Assembly (NCBI GenBank): GCA_001805575.1
Contig: MHGN01000063.1
Location: 1-50,240, forward strand
From: Omnitrophica WOR_2 bacterium RIFCSPHIGHO2_02_FULL_45_21
Lineage (GTDB): Bacteria > Omnitrophota > Gorgyraeia > Gygaellales > UBA12090
Reading direction: 5' to 3'
Length of the DNA: 50,240 nucleotides
Position numbers and translations under genes: made by a program. The notes beneath the pieces were generated by a model that was not told the DNA's origin, did not search any database, and was given only the letters and a program-made list of their open reading frames with translations. Position 1 is the stretch's first letter; each line of letters opens with the position of its first letter. Below, one piece after another: positions 19,446-29,550 of this stretch.

Positions 19446-20609
19446 TTAATTTATCCAGACACCGGGAATTTCTCTGCCGCAGGATTTGCATTTCCCTTTG
19501 ACTATGTCATTACTAAGCACGGTAAAGCCGCGGCGCTGGATTATCGCCTTTTTACAGACGGGGCAGTAGGTGTTTTCAGCTATATGGCCGGGGACATTGC
19601 CGAGATAAACAAAATGTAGCCCCGCGCTCAAAGCAACTTCCCTTGCCTTTTCCAGGGTTTCTACCGGTGTAGGATTGAGAGAAGTGAGTTTATACTGCGG
19701 CATGAAACGGCTAAGATGTAACGGCACATCAGGGCCTAAATTTTCCTTTATCCAAATGCACATCTGTTTTATCTTATCCAGGCCGTCATTTAAACCGGGG
19801 ACAACCAGAGTAGTAATCTCAAGCCAGACCTTGTTCTTCTTTAAAATCTTAAGCGTCTTGAGCACTGTTTCTAAATTTCCCGCGCAGACCTCGCTGTAAT
19901 ATTCCTGGGTAAATGCCTTAAGGTCAATGTCAGCCGCGTCTAAATAAAGGGATGCTTCTTCCACGGCTTGAGGATTTAATGAACCGTTAGAATGATACAT
20001 ATTTCTTAAGCCCCGAATCTTAGCCAGCCGCGCGGTATCAAGCATATATTCATAGAATATTGACGGCTCGGTATAGGTATAGGCGATGCTGGGACAGTTA
20101 TTTCTGACTGCCTGATTCACTACCTCTTCGGGAGGAAGCTCCTGATTAAGGGTTTCCTCAGGGGGAAACTGGGATATCTGCCAGTTCTGACAGAACTTGC
20201 ATCTATAATTGCATCCGGCAGTGGCAATGGAAAATATAGAAGTCCCGGGAAGAAAATGAAACAAGGGCTTTTTCTCCATCGGGTCAATATGCGCCGCGCA
20301 GGCCTTCCCATAGACAAGAGAATAGAGCTTCCCATCTCTGGGCTCCCGCGCCCGGCAGAAACTCCTCATTCCGTTTTTCAGGGTGCATTTTTGCGGGCAA
20401 AGCTCGCACTGCACGGTATCGCTATCTATCTTTTTATAAAATTTTGCTTCATAGCGGAAGAAAGAATCTGAATTCTTCGCCCAGGAGTTTTTTTGCATAA
20501 ACATATCTAAAACCGAATAAGATAGCGCTCCCCCCAGACAAAACAGGCAGCCATCCCTCACGAATTCCTTACGGCTAAACTTTCTCTTTAATAAATCTTC
20601 CATCTCCAT
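19446..20609 (-). CDS. amrS: AmmeMemoRadiSam system radical SAM enzyme with N-terminal Tat-like extension
   Basis: CELCPQKC, HIDPMEKKPLFHF.PG, GCNYRCKFCQNWQISQ, AYTYTEP, ENTYCP. Confidence 0.9.
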   Translation of the reverse strand: MEMEDLLKRKFSRKEFVRDGCLFCLGGALSYSVLDMFMQKNSWAKNSDSFFRYEAKFYKKIDSDTVQCELCPQKCTLKNGMRSFCRAREPRDGKLYSLVYGKACAAHIDPMEKKPLFHFLPGTSIFSIATAGCNYRCKFCQNWQISQFPPEETLNQELPPEEVVNQAVRNNCPSIAYTYTEPSIFYEYMLDTARLAKIRGLRNMYHSNGSLNPQAVEEASLYLDAADIDLKAFTQEYYSEVCAGNLETVLKTLKILKKNKVWLEITTLVVPGLNDGLDKIKQMCIWIKENLGPDVPLHLSRFMPQYKLTSLNPTPVETLEKAREVALSAGLHFVYLGNVPGHIAENTYCPVCKKAIIQRRGFTVLSNDIVKGKCKSCGREIPGVWIN

Positions 20610-20640
20610 TGCCCAACTTTATATTTTGTCTTCCAAAATA

Positions 20641-20669
20641 AATATGCCACAACAAAATTATATTGTCAA
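20641..20669 (-). promoter_or_regulatory. Sigma70-type promoter for amrS
   Basis: TTGACA-17bp-CATATT with extended TG on the minus strand. Confidence 0.6.
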
Positions 20670-20689
20670 GGCGCATCCGTTTTGCGCGC

Positions 20690-20746
20690 ATATAACATAA
20701 AAAACAGCGGCGGCTATCAGCCGTCCGCTGAAGTGAATTGCTAGAT
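20690..20746 (-). mobile_element. Degenerate solitary integron attC-like site (57 bp)
   Basis: Minus strand ATCTAGC-AATTCACTT-CAGCGGACGGCT-GAT-AGCCGCCGCTG-TTTTTTAT-GTTATAT; R boxes each one mismatch from RYYYAAC/GTTRRRY, extrahelical base in the left arm. Confidence 0.55.
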
Positions 20747-20786
20747 GACTTTGAGAGGCAAACGATTGGATGGATTTACTGTCTCC

Positions 20787-23700
20787 CTACACCTTCACCA
20801 ACGTTACATAGGTATCGTAAAAGGCAACTGAGGCGCCTACCAAATCCTGCAGGCAGACGTTTTTCAGGTAGGGGTCAATACGCATTGCGGAGTTGGCGTG
20901 GATTCCCAGGCTGCGGCGCTTATCCGGCTTTATGTTTTTTCCATCAATGACGATCTCTCCTGCTCCATAAGCCCAGTGGCCATGGCCTAAGGAAAAGGCG
21001 GTTACCCCGGGCCTTATGCCTTCAATCACCTTAAGCTTTCCAATCATCGGCTTCTTACCTGCCGCTTTTAAATCCCAGACGCCTTCTGGATTGGTCTTAG
21101 AGACAACCTTTACCAAATCTCCGTTAGTAAGGCCTAAACGCAGGGCATCCTGGGAATTTAAAAGGATAAAATTTTCCGGAAGCAAACTCAGGAGCCAGTA
21201 ATTTGAGATGGTCCGGCTTTTACATTGCGCCATCTCGCGGTAGGTAATCAGATTCAAGCTGAATCCTTCTTTTTCATCATTAATAATGTTTCCTTGAGAA
21301 TCTGCAATTGGTAAATAGGTAGCTGACGTAGGAAAGCCCTTACCGCTAATTGAATTTTTGGCTTTGGCTAACTTCTCAATATACATATTTATCTGCTTGC
21401 CGTATTTATTCTTCAGTTGTTTGCCATCAAAGGCGGCCTCAAAATCATCAAAGCGCCCGCCGCGATTTAAGACATAAACAACTTTTCTCCATAATAGAGG
21501 GCTAACCGCAGACTGCCATTTCTCTATGCTAAAAACACTCTTTGGTAAATGCCGGCGGGCTTTTAAAAAAACCTCTAATTCCTGAGCATCGGCATCAGGG
21601 ACTGCATTTCTCCCATCATTTTCATCGCCAAAAGCAACATTTGCCGTCATCTTTAAATAATAATCTTCCGGCCTGAATAAATCTAATCCCTCTTTTAATC
21701 CGCCTTTGCCAAAGCCAGGCAAATTCATCAGCTCTGCGGCTTTTAGGAAAAATGCCTCTAGAGAAATGGGCATTCTTTCTTCAAAAACCTCAACCTCTTC
21801 AGGAATAGGCGCTACTGCCGGCTGGCGCACCGGCTGAACCTTCCATATTACCGATGGATGCGAGCCCTGAAACTCCCAGCGCTCTAAATAGGAAAGGTCA
21901 GGAATAATATAATCAGCGTAGATTGAGGACTCGCCAATAGTGATATCCGAGGCAATAAAAAGAGGAATCTTATTGATATCTGCTAAAACCTCGGCTTGAG
22001 TCTGTCCAGCGGGGAGGGAATAAGCCGGAGTTCCCATATACATAATTAAGGCCTTAATCGGATAAGGATAACCATCGCCTGCTGAAGGAAGAATCTCCTG
22101 ATAAACATCTGAAGCCATAGGAAACCAGGGACGCTTTGCCGGGTAACCGCTATAAATAGTTGTTTCTTCATATTTGACATCGTGGCGGATGATACTGATG
22201 CCAAACGGCGAAATCTTTTTGGGATGAAGTTTGGTCATATCATAGGGCTTGCCTTCCTTTTCGCCTACATTGTCATAGGCTGAAGCCTGAGACGAGCCTC
22301 CCTGCCAATCATAGTTACCGATGAGCAGATTCAAGGTATACCAAGCCAGGACATTGTAAAAACCGTTGGTATGCTGGGATACCCCGCGGTGAATATCCGC
22401 GCAGGCGCGCTTTCCGTGTGAGGTAAACTCTTCGCTCACGGCAATAATATCCTTTACCTCTAAACCACAGAGCTCTGCCCATCCATCAATGGTATATTTA
22501 AATGCCTCCTGCCTGATGATTTCTAATACTGACTTTACTTTGATTCCTGAAATTTCAGCATCAACCAATAAATCTCCCTCAGCAGGTATCTCGGCATCAT
22601 TAGGGTCAAAAGCAACGGGTTGGTTATTTTCATAACAGACAAAGTTGTCAAACTCATAGTCAATGCTCGTGCCGTCTTTTAAGCTTTTGGTTTTCCTGGC
22701 TTTCTCTATTCCTATATCTGAGGCGCGCAGGAACTCGCCCGGCTTTTCATCTTTGATTTTAACTAACCAGCAGGCATTAGTCCAGTTCGGCTCTTTATCT
22801 ATTTTTGCCGCGGCCTTGTTAGCATTAGCAAGATATTTCAAGTCGTATTTTCCGTTTTCAATCACCCAGCGGATCATTGCCAGGGCAAGGGCTGCTTCGG
22901 TGCCGGGTTTTATGGGAAGCCACTTCCAGGCCTTGGCAGCGGCCTTAGAAAGCCGAGGGTCAACCACGGCGTATTTAAGCTTTCCGGAAACCAGGCCCTG
23001 AGTAATTTTATTACTGCGATACGGAGGCCCATAATTTGCCTCAAAAGGCGATGAGCCCACAAAGAGCACAAATTCAGCCCCGGATAAATCTGCCTGCCAG
23101 TAAAATTTCTTTCCGCCTCCCCACTTTGCCTTCTTTTCTTTTTCATCAAAGTCATACTGGTCAGACATACTCTTACCGGTAAAATAGAGTGAACCCTGGC
23201 AGACGGTGGTGTGGCCGTGAAAATTAACCGAGCCGAAAGAATCCTGAATAAAGCGCTTAAAAAATTCAGAACGGCCGCTTTTTAAACGCCCGTGAATCCA
23301 GAGCAGCTGATTATTCTTCGGCCCGAAATCCGGATGCTCCGGGTCAATGAGCTTATCTAAATGCTCTTTAAATTTTTCCTTAAACTCCCGGATCTTTTCT
23401 TTCTTTTCCTCCGGCTCTTTGCTATGCCAGATTTCTTTGATATCAGAGTTCATCTCTTTGAAAACTTTCGGGTCTCGTAAAACCCAGATGTCCTTAAGGC
23501 CGCTGAGATCGCGGTTCTCTTCGCCGGGAACATTGCTAAAAAGCTTTCCTCCTTCAACAATTTCCTTTACTGCCTGCTCAAAGGGGATACTCACCCATTT
23601 GTTTTCACCGCGCTTTCCCGCGCGTTTAAGCACGCGGCGGATACGATATGGGTCATAGAGCGTCTGGATGCCAGACTGGCCTTTAGGGCAGATGTGGCCG

Positions 23701-24035
23701 TCAATCCCTGCTGATTCTGAAAGCGAAGTCTTATACGGCAGATGCGGCCACATTGTCCAGGGGCTGTAGGGATTACCGTCAATCTTTACCGCTAAACCGT
23801 CAAGAAGTTTTACCTTTAAGCTGCAGCCGGTATTACACTGCAGGCATACGCTATTAATGATATTTTCGGGTTTATTCAAAACATAATCCGCTTCTTGAAT
23901 TTTCTCTGCCTGCGCGAGAGCATTTTTTAGCAAGCCTGAATTTTCCAGCAACTCTCTGCCCAACAATGCTCCGGCCCCTGCGCCTGTAGACAGCTTGAGG
24001 AATTCTTTTCGGGATAATTGCTTTTTTTGATTCAT
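20787..24035 (-). CDS. ttrA: Periplasmic Mo-bisPGD reductase catalytic subunit, TtrA/SrdA-like clade
   Basis: Tat-like SRKEFLK; CLQCNTGC...CPKG FS0; GNPYSP; FGSVNFHGHTTVCQ (Cys ligand); PDLSYLERW; GHGHWAYG; about 1080 aa; BCA gene order. Confidence 0.75.
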   Translation of the reverse strand: MNQKKQLSRKEFLKLSTGAGAGALLGRELLENSGLLKNALAQAEKIQEADYVLNKPENIINSVCLQCNTGCSLKVKLLDGLAVKIDGNPYSPWTMWPHLPYKTSLSESAGIDGHICPKGQSGIQTLYDPYRIRRVLKRAGKRGENKWVSIPFEQAVKEIVEGGKLFSNVPGEENRDLSGLKDIWVLRDPKVFKEMNSDIKEIWHSKEPEEKKEKIREFKEKFKEHLDKLIDPEHPDFGPKNNQLLWIHGRLKSGRSEFFKRFIQDSFGSVNFHGHTTVCQGSLYFTGKSMSDQYDFDEKEKKAKWGGGKKFYWQADLSGAEFVLFVGSSPFEANYGPPYRSNKITQGLVSGKLKYAVVDPRLSKAAAKAWKWLPIKPGTEAALALAMIRWVIENGKYDLKYLANANKAAAKIDKEPNWTNACWLVKIKDEKPGEFLRASDIGIEKARKTKSLKDGTSIDYEFDNFVCYENNQPVAFDPNDAEIPAEGDLLVDAEISGIKVKSVLEIIRQEAFKYTIDGWAELCGLEVKDIIAVSEEFTSHGKRACADIHRGVSQHTNGFYNVLAWYTLNLLIGNYDWQGGSSQASAYDNVGEKEGKPYDMTKLHPKKISPFGISIIRHDVKYEETTIYSGYPAKRPWFPMASDVYQEILPSAGDGYPYPIKALIMYMGTPAYSLPAGQTQAEVLADINKIPLFIASDITIGESSIYADYIIPDLSYLERWEFQGSHPSVIWKVQPVRQPAVAPIPEEVEVFEERMPISLEAFFLKAAELMNLPGFGKGGLKEGLDLFRPEDYYLKMTANVAFGDENDGRNAVPDADAQELEVFLKARRHLPKSVFSIEKWQSAVSPLLWRKVVYVLNRGGRFDDFEAAFDGKQLKNKYGKQINMYIEKLAKAKNSISGKGFPTSATYLPIADSQGNIINDEKEGFSLNLITYREMAQCKSRTISNYWLLSLLPENFILLNSQDALRLGLTNGDLVKVVSKTNPEGVWDLKAAGKKPMIGKLKVIEGIRPGVTAFSLGHGHWAYGAGEIVIDGKNIKPDKRRSLGIHANSAMRIDPYLKNVCLQDLVGASVAFYDTYVTLVKV

Positions 24036-25144
24036 TTGAGTGTCTTAGTTTTCAATACAGGCAGGAATTTTATTCCCAGATAAAATAATCCCACTGCCAG
24101 ACTCAGAATAAATAAACTTACCTGCCACTCATGGAAACTCGGCACATACGAAAACATCAGCCGTTTCTCGATAAAGGCGCTCTCCAGGCCCTTTAATTCG
24201 GGAATCGCCAGTGCGGGAATGACAATATTAAGCCGGACGCTCATAAAGGTAAGGGCAATCAAACCCGAGGCAAAGGAAAGCTTAGTCAGGTTAGGTTTTT
24301 CCAGTAATAAAAATAAAGGTATAACACTCCCCATGCCAATATGCACCAGCCAGAAAACCCACCAAAATGGGCCGAAGAGGACTAACTTTACCGCCTCAAT
24401 ATGGTAAGCAACCTGTCCCCAGAGCGGAACTACCAGAATAGCCGCCTCGAGAGTAATGTTGACTATAAGCAGGCCCAGAATTAACCGCGGCAGAATATTA
24501 AACATCCCTTCGTCATCCTGCTTAGTGAAGCCAAAGATTATACTTACCAACGCAATTAAAGACATGCCGGATAACAACGCCTCAAATAAAAATATAATCG
24601 GAAACATCGCTGAATGCCAATAGGGCCTCGCGCCGATTACCCCAAAGAGTGAGCCGCCGCAGACCGGAATGGCGATTGCCAAGGGCAGGCCAATCATCGC
24701 CAGAATATGGGCTTTCTTTTCAGAATCCCTAAAGGTATAGATTATCTGGAGCAAAACAAGCAGGAAATAGGCGCTATAGAGCCAGACCATCCAGCTCATC
24801 ATTGAAGAAGGCGTGGGATAAACAAAGACATACCAGAATCTTTCCCAATGGCCTAAATCCAAAACAATGGTTAAAAGCGCGGAGACCAATGCCACCAGGC
24901 TGATTAATAGGCAGAGCCTTTTTAATTTTTCAAAATACTTTAATCCCAGAAAGGAAATTAAAGAGGAAAATAAGTATGCGCCGCTGGATATGCCCACTAA
25001 ATAAATATAGAGGGAAACCCATAAACCCCAGGTGACATAACTTCCTAAATTCAGTAGTTTTTTACCAACAATCAGCCGTTCTAAGACACCGATTCCTCCA
25101 AAGATAAAACATATTCCCCAGAATAGTTTATACAGCTTTTTCAT
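24032..25144 (-). CDS. nrfD: NrfD/PsrC-type membrane anchor (TtrC equivalent)
   Basis: WGLWVSLYIY, DLGHWERFW, SSMMSW, ARPYWHS; start placed at MKKLYK (25144). Confidence 0.88.
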   Translation of the reverse strand: MKKLYKLFWGICFIFGGIGVLERLIVGKKLLNLGSYVTWGLWVSLYIYLVGISSGAYLFSSLISFLGLKYFEKLKRLCLLISLVALVSALLTIVLDLGHWERFWYVFVYPTPSSMMSWMVWLYSAYFLLVLLQIIYTFRDSEKKAHILAMIGLPLAIAIPVCGGSLFGVIGARPYWHSAMFPIIFLFEALLSGMSLIALVSIIFGFTKQDDEGMFNILPRLILGLLIVNITLEAAILVVPLWGQVAYHIEAVKLVLFGPFWWVFWLVHIGMGSVIPLFLLLEKPNLTKLSFASGLIALTFMSVRLNIVIPALAIPELKGLESAFIEKRLMFSYVPSFHEWQVSLFILSLAVGLFYLGIKFLPVLKTKTLK

Positions 25145-25145
25145 T

Positions 25146-26021
25146 TTATCCCCAGATATAATAAACCTTAGGCCTTGTCCCCAATTCACTTTTAAGCGTG
25201 GTGATATTCGGCCGGGCGATAAACTCAGAGACTAAGCTATCCCTGTCATTATTGTCGCCAAAATAAGTTGCTCCTCCGATACAAGTAGTCACGCAAGCCG
25301 GAAGCATCCCCTTCTCTATGCGATGAATACAGAAATGGCACTTTCTGGCATTACCTATCGGAGATGCCCCATGCTTACGCGGCCAAATCTTATTGTATTC
25401 AAAAGCCGGCCTTAATTCATAATCCTGCACTTTTGGCGTCCCTTGAGTATATGTTTCACCAAAATCCGCGCTGCGGGCATTATAGGGACAGGCGGTAATG
25501 CAATAGCGGCAGCCGATACAGCGCTCATAATCTACCGCCACAATCCCATCTTCTCGTTTATGGGTTGCCTTTACAGGACAGACGGGAACGCAGGGCGGCT
25601 TTTCGCATTGCATACAGGGCCGGGGAATAAACCGCCGCGTAACCTTGGGGTAGGTGCCGATTTCTTCATCCATCACCGGACGATATACCACTCCCGGCGG
25701 CAGGACATTTTCCGCTTTACAGGCGATAGTGCAGGCCGAGCAGCCAATACATCTACGTAAATCCAAAACCATAGCCCATTTTCTTTCTTTGCGCGGCTTA
25801 CTCAAGGCGCGCAACAAATCCTCCTGCATCCTCAAAAGCTCATTCTTCTGGACGAGCTCCCGAGGCAGCTTAGATAAATCTACTTCCGGAGCCTGAATTG
25901 ATTCATCTTCCCTGCTGACTGCTTTTGCTAAATTCAAAGAGCCACTGGCTAAAGCAGCCGCAGCGGCTGGCACAGCCAATTTCAGGAAATCCTTACGGCT
26001 GATTTTCTTTTTTTCGTCCAT
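25146..26021 (-). CDS. ttrB: 4x[4Fe-4S] subunit with Tat-like leader (TtrB/NrfC/DmsB family)
   Basis: SRKDFLK leader; [43 protein letters not shown]...CVTTC; start could be 26039. Confidence 0.85.
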   Translation of the reverse strand: MDEKKKISRKDFLKLAVPAAAAALASGSLNLAKAVSREDESIQAPEVDLSKLPRELVQKNELLRMQEDLLRALSKPRKERKWAMVLDLRRCIGCSACTIACKAENVLPPGVVYRPVMDEEIGTYPKVTRRFIPRPCMQCEKPPCVPVCPVKATHKREDGIVAVDYERCIGCRYCITACPYNARSADFGETYTQGTPKVQDYELRPAFEYNKIWPRKHGASPIGNARKCHFCIHRIEKGMLPACVTTCIGGATYFGDNNDRDSLVSEFIARPNITTLKSELGTRPKVYYIWG

Positions 26022-26033
26022 AACTATAACCTT

Positions 26034-26157
26034 TGTCATCCCGCCTCATAAGCTACGCCAAAATTCTGTTCCATAATTTTGCGCGTATTCGGCGGGATAA
26101 TTCGCATTTATAACTTACTTTCCGCCTACGGCGGATCGTAAGTTATCTGCTCATTAA
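26034..26157 (-). repeat. About 125-nt double-hairpin element, copy A (TTAATGA...GAATTATCCC...GGGATGACA)
   Basis: Stems ATAACTTAC/GTAAGTTAT around TCCGCC-GTA-GGCGGA, then ATCCCGCC/GGCGGGAT around CAAAATT/AATTTTG; same architecture at 33341-33469. Confidence 0.7.
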
Positions 26158-27458
26158 AATTGCGTTGCTACTATTGCCGAAAGCAAATTATCATCCGTAT
26201 CGCCGATTCCTGACCAAGAATTCTTATTCCAGTCATAGCTGAGTTTTAAAATAGTATTATCTGTCCAACGGTAACCCCCGCCCAAAGAATACCTCTCGTA
26301 CCTATTGGCAATAACTCCGTTTAAGGTAGCAGTGCCATCTCCGTTTATATCTACAAAACTGAACCTGCCCGCTGTATAAAATTTCTCGGTCCAGCTATAG
26401 GTTCCCTCTAGAAAGCCGAAGTTTCCGTCCCGTGTCCTGTTTGCTTCATCCTTAAACTGGCCGTAGGATAATCTCAAGATGGCTTTACTGTCACTAAACG
26501 CCGGAGGGTCAAGAGGTTTTTTTCCTTTACCAAAATCATAACGAGCATCCATTTCCCAGACAGTCCTATCCCAATCATTTTCTCCCGATGGACGAGTAAC
26601 TAAGCCGGCAATGGACATCTCAGCGCTGGAACTGTCTAACCTTCCGGAATTATAATAAGTTGTAGATAAGTATAACGGCTCAATTGGACTGTGATAAAGT
26701 TTCCCCATAAATGCCTTGCCCGCGGTTGAATCTGAGCCTACGCCGGAATTACCGTCGCTCACCGAAACCACCCAGCCCAATGGCTTTAGCTTTAGCTTGT
26801 CTAACTTTACCTTACCGGCAAATTCCAAACCCTCATCAACTACTGTTACTCTAGCCGCAGAATTTGAAGGCAAAACACCTTCAACTAGATTATCTGACCA
26901 GGTCTCCTCGCCAAATCCCAGCTTAAATTTTCCCAAACGAGTAGATAAACTAAACGGAGAATCTTTCAACGCCGGGATAAAATCCTTTGACTGCAGAAAG
27001 AAATAATCCAGCAAAGGGCTCTGGGCGGTGGCATTATTCAGATTAAAACGCATTACTAAGGTATTGATTGCATCCGGCGCGAAAGAAAATTGAAGTTTGG
27101 CATCGGGCATCTCAAAAGAACCGGCAGGGTATGAACCTGCTTTTCCTGAATCAAAAAAACCGAGCGCGGCCCTGCCTTTAATCTTTAGCTTGGCTAAGGT
27201 ATTGGCTAAATCTACTCTCGGCGCCTGCACAGCTTGAGATGCTTCCTTAATTTTAGCTACCTCCTCTTTGGCTTTGAGCGACTCTTCTTTTGCCTTTGCC
27301 TGATCCGCCTCTAACTTTTCAATTCTATTCAATAACTCCTGCACCTGCGTCTTTAGAACTGTTAGTTCCTCATCCCGCTGATCGGCCTTAAGAATTGGGG
27401 CATTAAATGCCAGAACCAATATGAAAACTAATATTCCCGAAAAAATCTTTTCCCTCAT
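26154..27458 (-). CDS. Putative outer-membrane porin with N-terminal coiled coil
   Basis: Signal peptide, coiled coil, amphipathic beta strands, C-terminal Phe (IVATQF). Confidence 0.7.
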   Translation of the reverse strand: MREKIFSGILVFILVLAFNAPILKADQRDEELTVLKTQVQELLNRIEKLEADQAKAKEESLKAKEEVAKIKEASQAVQAPRVDLANTLAKLKIKGRAALGFFDSGKAGSYPAGSFEMPDAKLQFSFAPDAINTLVMRFNLNNATAQSPLLDYFFLQSKDFIPALKDSPFSLSTRLGKFKLGFGEETWSDNLVEGVLPSNSAARVTVVDEGLEFAGKVKLDKLKLKPLGWVVSVSDGNSGVGSDSTAGKAFMGKLYHSPIEPLYLSTTYYNSGRLDSSSAEMSIAGLVTRPSGENDWDRTVWEMDARYDFGKGKKPLDPPAFSDSKAILRLSYGQFKDEANRTRDGNFGFLEGTYSWTEKFYTAGRFSFVDINGDGTATLNGVIANRYERYSLGGGYRWTDNTILKLSYDWNKNSWSGIGDTDDNLLSAIVATQF

Positions 27459-27649
27459 TTTTTCTCTCCTCCCTCTTCTTCTGTCTTTTCTAATATCAAT
27501 TCAATCTTTTCCGGTTTACCGGTATCCTTGAGATTAAAAACCATGCTCAAGATAATCTGCTTAACAAAATTACTTAAGAATGGTTTTAAAGGAACAAGTT
27601 TATTGTTAATAAACAAGCGCATCTTGAAATTTTTAGCTATGTCTTTCAT
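27455..27649 (-). CDS. Small hypothetical protein resembling the C-terminal domain found with MobB/MobA
   Basis: LFINNK.VPLKPF...IILSMV..LK pattern; tightly coupled between moeA and the porin. Confidence 0.55.
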   Translation of the reverse strand: MKDIAKNFKMRLFINNKLVPLKPFLSNFVKQIILSMVFNLKDTGKPEKIELILEKTEEEGGEKK

Positions 27650-27651
27650 CT

Positions 27652-28875
27652 TTAATCCAGATAGGTTACCTGCGCCGTATCCCCCGGACGCAGGTTTTCC
27701 AGTTCCTCCGGCAGCTCCATAATCCCATTAGCCAGAACCATTGATTTCAATATTCCTGAACCCTGAGGCCCAGTCAAAGAGGCATAAAGCGTGCCGTTTT
27801 TATTTTCTAAGACTACGCGTAAGAAATAGCGCAGGCCCATTTTCTTCTGAAAATCTTCTCTAAAAATTGCAGGCAGATGAAACCTGAAAATTTCTTTTGC
27901 TCCTGTCATTTTTAAAAGCGCAGGCCGCACGAACTGCTCAAAAGTTACCATACTAGAAACCGGGTTTCCCGGAAGGCCGAAAATAGGAATTTTATCTATC
28001 ATCCCGAAAGCCAAGGGCTTGCCCGGCTTCATTGCCACCCGCCAGAATTTCATCGTAGTACCTAATTTTTTTAAGACGTCCTTAACGAAATCGTAATCCC
28101 CCACTGAAATACCACCTGAGACTAAAAGCATATCGGCACGTAAACCTTTTCTGATTTTCTGCTCTAATTCTTTTCTCTCATCCCTGGCAATCCCTAAGAA
28201 GACAGGGACAGCTCCTGCCCTCTGCGCCTGGGCATATAATGAATAGGTATTGGAATTGCGAATCTTTCCGGGAACAAGCCTTTGATTTATTTCTACCAAC
28301 TCATCCCCGGTAGCCAAAATTGCCGCTTTCGGCTTTCTGTATACCTTTATTTTGCTAACCCCTAAAGATGCCAACATTCCAATATATCCTGATTTTAAGA
28401 TGTCGCCTTTTCTAATGACCACTTCGCCTTTTTTTACATCCTCTCCCGCATAGCGCACATTCTCACCCTTCTTCACTTCACGAAATATTCTTACAAATTC
28501 TTCTTTTCTTTTACTTGACACTTTTTGACTGTCTTCTGCCATCACCACGCTATCCGCGCCTTTGGGAATAGGGGCCCCGGTCATAATCCGTATCGCCTGA
28601 TTATTCCCTATCTTCTTTGCAGTAGTATATCCGGCAGCTAAATCCGAAATTACTTCAAAAACCCTGGGATTTTCACGCGCTGCGCCGGCGGAATCCTCCG
28701 CTCTTACGGCAAAGCCATCCATTGCGCTATTATCAAAAGGCGGAATATTCTCTTTGGCTCTTATATCAACAGCAGAAACTCTGCCTGAGCAGGAATCAAG
28801 ATTAATCAGCTCGGTTTCTTTTACGGGCGAGATATTTTTAAGGATAATTTTTCTGGCTTGGCTTACGTTTATCAT
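27652..28875 (-). CDS. moeA: Molybdopterin molybdotransferase
   Basis: PPFDNSAMDGFA, IMTGAPIP, TGDEL, SGGISVGDYD, MKPGKP, LPGNPVS. Confidence 0.96.
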   Translation of the reverse strand: MINVSQARKIILKNISPVKETELINLDSCSGRVSAVDIRAKENIPPFDNSAMDGFAVRAEDSAGAARENPRVFEVISDLAAGYTTAKKIGNNQAIRIMTGAPIPKGADSVVMAEDSQKVSSKRKEEFVRIFREVKKGENVRYAGEDVKKGEVVIRKGDILKSGYIGMLASLGVSKIKVYRKPKAAILATGDELVEINQRLVPGKIRNSNTYSLYAQAQRAGAVPVFLGIARDERKELEQKIRKGLRADMLLVSGGISVGDYDFVKDVLKKLGTTMKFWRVAMKPGKPLAFGMIDKIPIFGLPGNPVSSMVTFEQFVRPALLKMTGAKEIFRFHLPAIFREDFQKKMGLRYFLRVVLENKNGTLYASLTGPQGSGILKSMVLANGIMELPEELENLRPGDTAQVTYLD

Positions 28876-28909
28876 TTAATTTTGATTAGAGGGTTTTTTC
28901 TTCCATACT

Positions 28910-28927
28910 TTGTGAAATATTTCACAT
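28910..28927. promoter_or_regulatory. Rex/CRP-like palindromic operator upstream of the moeA-porin-ttrBCA operon
   Basis: TTGTGAA-ATAT-TTCACAT; lies between the promoter and the start codon. Confidence 0.7.
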
Positions 28928-28985
28928 TAGAGCTGTAATAAAAAAGTGCATTTCTTCTGCACATCTGCTTCTATTTACAAAAGGA

Positions 28986-29014
28986 ATAATACCAAAGAAA
29001 ATAGCGCTTGTCAA
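28986..29014 (-). promoter_or_regulatory. Sigma70-type promoter for the moeA operon
   Basis: TTGACA-17bp-TATTAT with extended TG. Confidence 0.7.
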
Positions 29015-29057
29015 GAGAAATTTTAAAAAGTTCCGAAATATTCTGCGCCGAGTTAAA

Positions 29058-29477
29058 TCACCCCGTCCCATTGTCCTTTTCCTTTGGATTAAAAGATGTC
29101 TTTTTGAATTCTTTGAGTGTGTTTAGTACCTTATAGGCGCAGTCGTCCATCAATTTAGAAAGCCCGGTTATCAACGCGTTAAGTTCTCTTTGGCTTTTGG
29201 CGTGAAGCATTGTGTAGAAACCGAAGGGCCAGAGGCGGCTGGATTTGCGTAGATAAATATGGCTTATCTGGTCTTTATTCCTGAGCTGACAGGAGAGTTT
29301 CCGGCTAAGAGATGATTTTTCCCAGGCAATAAGGGCATTATGGCTAAATCCTAACTTTTGATGGTTGACAATGGCGGTGAACCTGCGGATTTTCCCCAGA
29401 CGCAAATCCTCTTTTATTTTCTTTAACCGGTCTTTGCTAAAAGGCCGGGATGTTATTTCTATGTCCATGATGCTCAT
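29058..29477 (-). CDS. ahbB: Siroheme decarboxylase subunit beta-like (NirDL/Lrp family), short N-terminus
   Basis: SRPF, IRRFTAIVNHQKLGFSHNALIAW, SHIYLR, YTMLHA, KEFKKTS; start at GGAG-N5-ATG (29477). Confidence 0.7.
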   Translation of the reverse strand: MSIMDIEITSRPFSKDRLKKIKEDLRLGKIRRFTAIVNHQKLGFSHNALIAWEKSSLSRKLSCQLRNKDQISHIYLRKSSRLWPFGFYTMLHAKSQRELNALITGLSKLMDDCAYKVLNTLKEFKKTSFNPKEKDNGTG

Positions 29478-29550
29478 CTTGACTCCTGACACATCCTGCC
29501 TGCTCAAGCAGACAAGGATATCTGATACTAAAAATATGGCCTATCCCGAA

